The position numbers were made by a program, and so were the translations under genes. The notes under the pieces were generated by a model, which was not told where the DNA came from, made no database searches, and saw only the letters and a list, made by a program, of their open reading frames with translations. 64,000 bases of DNA from Octopus vulgaris (lineage: Eukaryota), in contig OX597815.1 in assembly GCA_951406725.2 (NCBI GenBank), positions 166,470,001-166,534,000 of the forward strand, given 5' to 3'. Below, one piece after another: positions 56,249 through 64,000 of this stretch (positions within the stretch are counted from its first letter, which is position 1; each line of letters opens with the position of its first letter).

Positions 56249-56548
56249 CTTGCAAATAAATGTTAACATGTGACATTATTGACCGAGGTAACCGTGGTCT
56301 TTTCCGTAGGCTTTTCTTTCCACGGATAAACCGCATCTGTTTCTCCCCTTTACACTTTATATCATAACATTTCTGTGATACACGATCCCTATTGATCGAT
56401 TTTTGTCCTCCTTTTTTTTCCTTTCTTTCCTCTTTCTCTTTCCTTTTTACAATCCCTTTTGATCGAAAATCTCTCCCCCTTTTTTTTCTCCCCCAAAAGA
56501 AAAGCTCTACATTGTAATTTGTCCCGTCTGCGTGGCTAATAACGAAAC

Positions 56549-56609
<61 letters not shown>

Positions 56610-57434
56610 ATCTATCTTCCCTCCCACCCACCCACGCACGCAGTGGCGTAGGGTGACTTCTTGGGGCAGCCATTTAATATTACACCCCCTCCGGATATGT
56701 GTGGTTTGAATCACCATCTCCAATTTTGTTCCAGTTGTCTTCAAATTTGGTATATGGATTAAATTTTGTATACTGTTTATGAGAATGGAAATCATATTCC
56801 CTATAAATCTATAATTTAAAGTTGGCAAAATTGCCTAACCACGAGACCACGCGCCTTCACAATACATGCCGAAAAGAGTGCATTGTGTAAAAACATAATA
56901 GTGCAACCAGATATGAACAAGTTTAATACTTAAGGACAGAGGGCGGACGAAAGTAGAAATTAGTCTTACAAATTTGGAGTAAAAAATTAAAACGATGCAT
57001 GCTAATTTGTTAACGCGGAAGTATGAGAATAACATTTGGCAATTTGACGTTTTATAGAAGACAACGTAAATGGACAAAATACGGGGTAAACAATTCTGGT
57101 TATAAACAAGTACGGATGGTGGTGGTGGTGGTGGTGGCAGGGAGGGAAATGATGATGTAAAAAAAACATTGACCCTTCGTCAGACTGAACTTCATATGTT
57201 GCGCCGAACACCTACTGACGTGACAAATGTTTTTGGTGTTATCAAGTTCCGAAGACTGGAGACATCTATATAGGTTTATATGGTTTGTGTCTGTCTGTCT
57301 GTCTGTCTGTCTCTGTCTCTCTCTCTCTCTCTCGCTCTCTCTCTCATATATATATATATAACACATATAAGCGTGTATGAATATGTGTATTTGTGTATAC
57401 ACACACACACACATATGTTTATATACATGTATTG

Positions 57435-57606
57435 TACTACACTTTCGGAGTGGTTGGCGTTAGGAAGGGCATCCAGCTGTAGAAACTCTGCCAGATCAAG
57501 ATTGAAGCCTGGTTCAGCCATCTGGTTCGCCAGCCCTCAGTCATTGGTCCAACCCATGCTAGCATGGAAAGCGGACGTTAAACGACGATGATGATGATGA
57601 TGATGA
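57435..57606 (+). mobile_element. Retroposon family D, 5'-truncated
   Basis: High identity to 14830-14990; (GAT)n tail. Confidence 0.85.
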
Positions 57607-57699
57607 CGATTGTATGTGTGTGTGCGTGTGTGTTTATGCGTGTACACAAATACACCTATATATTCCCCCATACAAATATTTACATAAATACCGAGCACA

Positions 57700-57740
<41 letters not shown>

Positions 57741-58749
57741 AGTATACCCCGTAGTCTACAGCATAAAATATCAGTAGATTTTTTTCGACAAAACCCTTAT
57801 ACAGATGGATATGATCATCTCCCTTTATATCACCGTGGACAGAAACTGATATACTTTGATTAGATTCCATACTATTTGGAGATTCCATTGACCAAAGTGT
57901 ACCCTCATTAACAGTCACTTGACATCTTGCTTATACACCACCCACTAAAACTAGGGTATGAATTTAAACGGATATATTAGTGTGCATATGAAGTGTTTTC
58001 GACAGCTATTTCGATTGATAAAATTTCTAATGTGCTAGCTGCTTCGTTTCAATATATCTACAGATATAAAATGACGGAAACTTTGTGTTCTATATTATAT
58101 CTTGCTGAAACTTTACCACTGAAGTTCATATTCAGTGTTTACACAAATAGTTTCTATATGATATCTTGCTGAGACCTTATCAGGAGTTAAGTTCATATGC
58201 AGTGTTTACAAAGATAGTTAAAGTGGGTACTCAGTTGCTGATGAATACTTAAGGCAGGATTAAAGCGAGTTCGGTTGTTCTTCCTGTTTACTGCACGAAG
58301 ATATTGCATAATAAAGAAGGCGATTACATCTCTTATATACATACCACTTTGGCCAAAGATCTGTCGATATATTACTTGCTACAATATCGCATATTTGCGC
58401 GCGCGTATGCATATTTATATATGTACGTGTGTTTTTATGTATATCTGTTAGTCTCTTTCTGCTGCCCCCGTTGCGTGTATGATGGTTTTTTCTTTTACAT
58501 TTCCCCGCCTTGTCCATTGTTCCATGTTACTTGCATGATAATAAGAAACATTGGTCAATCCCCCTACTACAAGCATTCCTGTCTTTCTTACTCCCCTCTT
58601 TCCCATCATAATGGCTATGTAACAAGTGATTGCATCAGATCTGTTCATATCTGGTACAATTCGCCTTCCCCCTCCTTTTCTGCCTGTTATTACTCCCCAT
58701 TTTCTTTTAATGGCCGGGTTCCAACCCGGGCCTCAACAACAAAGACCAC

Positions 58750-59240
58750 CTATCACACTTCTCGGTCCAACATCACTGCCTCGAGATCTTGGATACATTG
58801 TCTGCGACCAAGTTGTCGATGTAAGCGTGGAGACCTTTTCCTCTTGTTACATCAGCATGAAGTAGGTCCACAAGATTAAATTGGATGCTCCCAGCGTAGG
58901 GTGGTGCACGCAGTGACCAGGTAGTCGCAGCTGCCTTTGCCTGATCTTGCTAACTATTGGCAGGTCTCCATAAAGGTGTTCGTCTGTCATATGTTGCTGC
59001 CATTTCACATTCGTAGTATCCTTTCTTTACCAGTGTCTTTGTTTCACTGCTATATAATAGCACTGATTCGACAGTTGCAGCGAACAGTTTGATTTTGATT
59101 CTCCTGAGCAATTTGGAGCTCCTACCTGTTTTAGTTTGTATCAAGCTTTCCATGCTTCTGCGTTCCTGATCTATATCATCTGCGAAGTCCAGCTCTGTGA
59201 TGGTTTCTGCTGGTACTCTCTGCGATCTTGTTTTCCTCTC
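58750..59240 (-). mobile_element. RTE-clade LINE relic (RT catalytic motif to C-terminus)
   Basis: ITELDFADDI, IKLFAATVESVLLYSSET, IRQRQLRLPGHCVHHP..ASNLILW; frameshifted. Confidence 0.85.
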
Positions 59241-59659
59241 CCTAAACAGTCGGAAAAAACAAATCGAACGAATATACATGCATGCATGCATACCTCACCC
59301 CCCCCCCCACCACACATATGCATATGAATAGAATATCTTATGTACATGATGCCCTCAGCATTTGCGAACAAGATAAAAATACACACACACACACAAAAGC
59401 ATCAAACAAGAACTAAAGAACACACCCACAGAAAAATGGAGTACGTATTCAACTAGATACATCGAGAAAATGCACCACCGTCGCCGATGCAGCCACAGAA
59501 GCGACTCCATCCTTGTGCCAGAGACTTCCATCCTTGCCCACTACAGTCACAACCATTGTATACGGAAGCCCTCAACAAATTCCCGACACCGTAGGGTCGC
59601 CAACAGGATCAATGCTCGACACTGCCGCAGATGCAGCAATCCCTTGGAGTCAAAGCAGG

Positions 59660-59900
59660 CGAGCTAGTAGATCATGTGATGTTGATGACTACATGGTTTT
59701 CTTGAATCTTGCTGGACATTAACTGTCTTCTTCCTTGTTACATAGGATTTATGTCTAATGTTCACGCGCTCTATATGTCTGACAGTGGACTCCACTACGT
59801 TCATCTGATCTGCTTTGCGATGGCCTTCATCGACATGCTTGAGTTGTTGACTTCTGAACATTGTTGACCGAACTCGACCACCATGACGGCGTCCGGCTGC
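59660..59900 (-). mobile_element. Possible mariner-like transposase HTH relic
   Basis: SMKAIAK.../VVESTVRHIERVNIRHKSYVTRK resembles the HTH-linker of DD37D transposases. Confidence 0.45.
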
Positions 59901-61316
59901 TCAGAAAAGTTATTTCTTCCTTACGTATGACACGTCCGAATATATTTTTTATCTTTTACTTGATCCAGACATTGAAGAATTTTAGTTGAATATATCAATG
60001 CTCGTCTTTTTTTTTTAATTTTAAATCTGATATATATTCCATCGGTCTCTTTTTCCGAATCGCTTAGTTACGGGGACATAAACAAATCCAACACCGGTTG
60101 TCAAACGGTATATATATATATATATTTATCTTTAGCCAAATCGCTCGATTACGTGACATAAAGAAACCCAACACCAGTTGTGAAGTGGTATCTATCTGTC
60201 GGTCTACTTATCTATACAAGCCGGACTTCTATACAGTTACACTTTACCAAATTCTTTCACGTGGCATTAGTTGGCTCGGGGGATATAGTTGAAGACACAT
60301 AACCAAACTGCCGCATAATGGGCCCTGAACCAGAAACCACGTGGTTGCAAAGCGAGCTTGCACCATTAATGCAATAAATGAAATATTTCTTTTGGTATAT
60401 TTGATAATCTCTGTTATATGTTTGAATTGACTGCTTATAAAGTTTTCGTATTAGTGAATATAAATAATTGTGTTCTGAATTGAATGTTGCCAGTGGTAAA
60501 GTGAGAGTGTGTGCCGCCCGAGGCAACCCTTGAATTTGCCGACCCACCCAGGACTGCCAAGCCTATATCGGTTAGAAGCAGACACAAATGTGCCGCTTCC
60601 ATAATAAAAGTTCTTCTCCCCTCTTCAGCTATGCTACTGAATGTTGCACCCCATACTGACCCTAATTACTAGGTTTATTTTACTAGTTACAGACAAATAG
60701 ACAGGCACTCTGTCGGTCTCGACGACGGGTATTCATTTCGTCAACCAACTGAATTCCTACTTTTTAAATTGACGGTGTGAACAGCTGGACCATTCCACAG
60801 ACACGCGTGTCTTTAACAGAATTTTTAAGCCGAACCAGAGCGACAGTGCGCCAACAGAGATGCTTGTGTTATAGGTGTAAAGAAGGAGAGGGAGGGTGGG
60901 CGAGAGAGAGAATTCGATGACAGCACACTAGACGTCTGAAAAGATGTGAAACAAAGTTCACCTCGGCAGAAATCGTACTGGGAATGCAGAAGGCGGGATC
61001 GAATAACGCAACGCATTTCATCCGGTGCTCTTACCATTCAGCCAACCGCCACACACTCACACCCCCACCGTGTGTGTGTATTATACAAAAGAATATAAAT
61101 GCATAAGATCGTTATGCAACACCAGTATGTTTAGGAGTTAAGACGTTGTATTTATATACAATATATTTTAAACAGAGATGAGGGAACCCACGGCCTTAAT
61201 TTCAATCGTTCAGTTGGAATTTCATCTGTTCAACGTACTAGTAAACCAGTAATGTGTGTGTGTAATGTGTAAATAAATTTTTTGTGATTAAGCGACAAAA
61301 CTAAGCTGTAACCTTC

Positions 61317-61465
61317 CAGTACTCTGCAACTGGTATGCCGTGGCACTCTGGCGTGTCACGAAACGATGCTAGGTGTGTCACAGTGTAACCTGAATGTAAT
61401 TTTTTCCTCCTAAATTTGTAAAGAATATAAGTGTACCACAAGGGAAAAAAGGTTGCGGAGCACTG
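61317..61465. mobile_element. hAT MITE, copy 2
   Basis: CAGTACTCTGCAAC...GGTTGCGGAGCACTG; shares ACGATGCTAGGTGTG...CAGTGTAACCTGAAT with 21485-21670. Confidence 0.8.
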
Positions 61466-61946
61466 CTTTAGAATGAATTTTTAGAGTCCGTATATTATAC
61501 TAAATACTGAAATAGTTGCATATCGTCGAATTTCTATCTGTTAGCTTTCTATAATTACTGTGAAATTTGCTTTTGATTTCGTGTTTGATGCCATACAAAA
61601 TATTACGGTACTTTTTGACAATTACTTTTCGCAGTATTGTCAAATAAGCCGAATGATGAGAATTATCTCCCCTGAGTACTGACTTTGTCTTCGTTTGCCT
61701 CCCCTGCATCATCCACGCGCTGGCCGGTCACGGGACTGCAGCAAACTCGCCCACATCACATTGATGCTCGTAACTATAGAGTCGGTTGAAATTCGTTTTA
61801 TTTCGCTCAAACGCAATTTATTTGACCACGGAACGAAAGCATCGGAGTAGCTTATCCATCGTATAGTCATTTCCACTATGTGTGCGTATTATACGACAAT
61901 TGAAAACAACGGATAACAATATGCTCCTCGCTTTCTGTTTAGTTAG

Positions 61947-62009
61947 TTCTATGACAATCAGTTGTGGGCGGTGACTGCGCAGGCAGAAGCTCCAGCGATT
62001 CAACGACAG
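61947..62009 (+). CDS. Candidate exon (coding or 5' UTR) of a second gene
   Basis: CAG/GTGATG donor in a CpG-rich unique region; open as FYDNQLWAVTAQAEAPAIQRQ, in phase with 63046. The 5' boundary is uncertain. Confidence 0.3.
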
Positions 62010-62484
62010 GTGATGGCGTTACATTTTAGCTTTCTCCTTTTGTCTTCACTGTTGTTTTACGTATTTTGTTTTTGCTGTAAATTTATGAAATTTCTCATCT
62101 TGCGTGTGTGTGTGTTTGTGTGCAGGCATGTGTGTGTGTGTATGTGTGTGTGTATATCTGATCCATTATCTCTTCCCTAAAAAAAAACAAAAAAACTTAT
62201 AGCTTGTTCAGCTCTACTTTAGATATTTCATAATCTTTTGCTTTACCCGTTATAGTTTTTTTTTTTTAATTTTGAAACTGAGAATATTTGACAATAGAAA
62301 ATGATTTTTGAAAAAAAAAAAGAAAAAAAGGAAAAACAAACGCATTAATTGTGATGGTGGTGGTGCTGGTGATGATGGTATTGGTCTTGGTGGTGATGTT
62401 GGCGACGATAAACAATTAGTAACAAAAAGTGTCTCCAAAGAGTTAAGCCCCTTATATTTATTGTTTCCTGTCAACCCAAACGTG

Positions 62485-62748
62485 ATGGCGAAAAAGTTAC
62501 AGTCCAGTGATGATGAATTCATCGTCTATATGAATTTAGAAACTTTCGTTAGTGACAGTATTCTCGCCCCTATTATATATATAGAGAAAGACTGGATCAA
62601 AACCCGATCGATTGTTCTCGAAAGAGAATACTCCTATAGAGATTTGATATTTAAAGTGGTTACCATATTCAGTATGTATTTTTTAATTGAAGGTTTTTAT
62701 AACAACGATTTATTAAAATCGTCTACCCGCTTCGCTCCAATGGCATAA
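62485..62748 (+). CDS. Unassigned non-repetitive ORF, possible alternative first exon
   Basis: GTGATGG start context; MAKKLQSSDDEFIVYMNLETFVSDSILAPIIYIEKDWIKTRSIVLEREYSYRDLIFK...; no family recognised. Confidence 0.2.
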   Translation: MAKKLQSSDDEFIVYMNLETFVSDSILAPIIYIEKDWIKTRSIVLEREYSYRDLIFKVVTIFSMYFLIEGFYNNDLLKSSTRFAPMA

Positions 62749-63045
62749 GAACAGAGAATAAAATAAAAAAATTCAGATCTGCTTATCTAATCTCACATCT
62801 AATTTGGAGGGTTCCACTCTCAAAAACCTATGACATCAATTTGTCGGTCAATACTATTTGCCTAACTACTCAATATCTTGAAGGTCATGAATTACATAAA
62901 TATAATTGCCATGTCCTACTTGAATACGATATTTTATATCTTCTCTGACGAAGTTATTTTCTGACCTATGACTAAATATTTTATTATAAACTTATATAAT
63001 TACTGATTGGATAGTTCTCAAACTATATTTTAATTTTCTTTGCAG

Positions 63046-63091
63046 ATTGCTGCATGTTGTCTGGATGGAATTAAACTAGTTTCTCATTTAG
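63046..63091 (+). CDS. Short internal exon of the second gene
   Basis: Strong acceptor TTTTCTTTGCAG and consensus donor AG/GTAAGT; only one open frame, IAACCLDGIKLVSHL. Confidence 0.6.
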
Positions 63092-63767
63092 GTAAGTATT
63101 TTTTTTTAGCTATTTTAAAAATCTTTATGTTTTAAAGCTTCTTAGCATGGGGTAAAAGCTTCAGTTGTTTTATAACATATAATAACTTTGTTTAGTTAAA
63201 ACACTTAAATGGCTGTATGAGATTGTAACAAAGGAGATAGAATATTCAGCTGGTGATCTTAAGATCAGACTTTATTTATGTATTAGACTACATGAAGGCA
63301 ATTATCGAAATGTTGAGTAAATTTTAGGCGTTTCTTTAGCTAAATTTACATTTGAAGGTTATAGTTTTATATCAACTACCATGTATACTAGGATGTAATT
63401 CAATGATAATATACCAATTACTGTAAAGTTAGATTAGTTTTAAATATGTGGCTCCATTTAAAAGATAATGGGTTTAGAGATAAGCCACAGGTCATTTGCC
63501 TTGCCTTAGTCACCCATTTTTCGAGACTAAGATGAACTCTTCAAACACTTCTAAACTTCTCCATAAAAGATTTGCAAGATATATAAGTTGTTTCAAATCT
63601 ATCCCATGCATAAATTAATAAATTTTAATATATTTATATTTTAGAGATTGCATTTTTGCCCTTCATAATGACCCAATATAGTATAAGATTTATTTTACCA
63701 TATTATAAAAATAATGATGAATTTTAAATAGCTGAAGCTTTTATCCTTTAATATTTCATAACAGAAA

Positions 63768-63980
63768 GGTGGCAAGCTGGCAAAATCGTTAGCATGCCAG
63801 GCAAAATGCTTTGTGACATTTCGTTTGTCTTTATGTTCCGAGTTCAAATTCTATCGAGGTCAACCTTGTCTTTCATCCTTTTAGGGTTGATAAAAGAAGT
63901 ACCAGTTTAGCACTGGGGTCAATGTAATTGACTTAGCCACTTCCCTGAAACTGATAGCCTTGGAACAAAATTTGAAACCA
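63768..63980 (+). mobile_element. CpG-decayed SINE family A variant
   Basis: GGTGGCAAGCTGGCAAAATCGTTAGCATGCC...TTTCATCCTTTTAGGGTTGATAAA. Confidence 0.8.
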
Positions 63981-64000
63981 ATTTTCATTACTTTAATACT

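Noticed and set aside
57160-57195. Minus-strand CTGACGAAGGGTC, and CTGACGA near 62945
   Set aside because: No GAAA/UH half or helix I.
58304-58879. 191-aa ORF, the longest in the window
   Set aside because: Partly antisense to the RTE relic and otherwise low-complexity.
61921-62009. MLLAFCLVSSMTISCGR-TGA-LRRQKL as a selenoprotein
   Set aside because: That frame stops in the next exon and no SECIS is visible.

Overview
Eukaryotic, AT-rich, very repeat-dense genomic DNA. The SINE complement and (TA)n/(CA)n/(TATC)n load look like an octopod cephalopod (Octopus-like); this is inferred from repeat content, not proven. Almost all ORF-track entries are microsatellite or SINE artefacts. Supportable content: dozens of tRNA-derived SINE copies from about 4 families; decayed LINEs (CR1/L2-type, RTE, Penelope-like); Tc1/mariner transposase relics; hAT-, piggyBac- and Helitron-type non-autonomous elements; four long palindromic (foldback) elements; the last two coding exons of an unidentified + strand gene (20219-20350, 24908-24982); and the probable 5' end of a second gene near 61.9-63.1 kb. 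The most interesting signal is a set of hammerhead ribozyme motifs. One is an apparently complete type I hammerhead at 5125-5184 with an upstream antisense segment able to switch it off. Several others are minimal, core-variant hammerheads in Penelope-like terminal repeats. All structures were read by eye and repeat boundaries are approximate.
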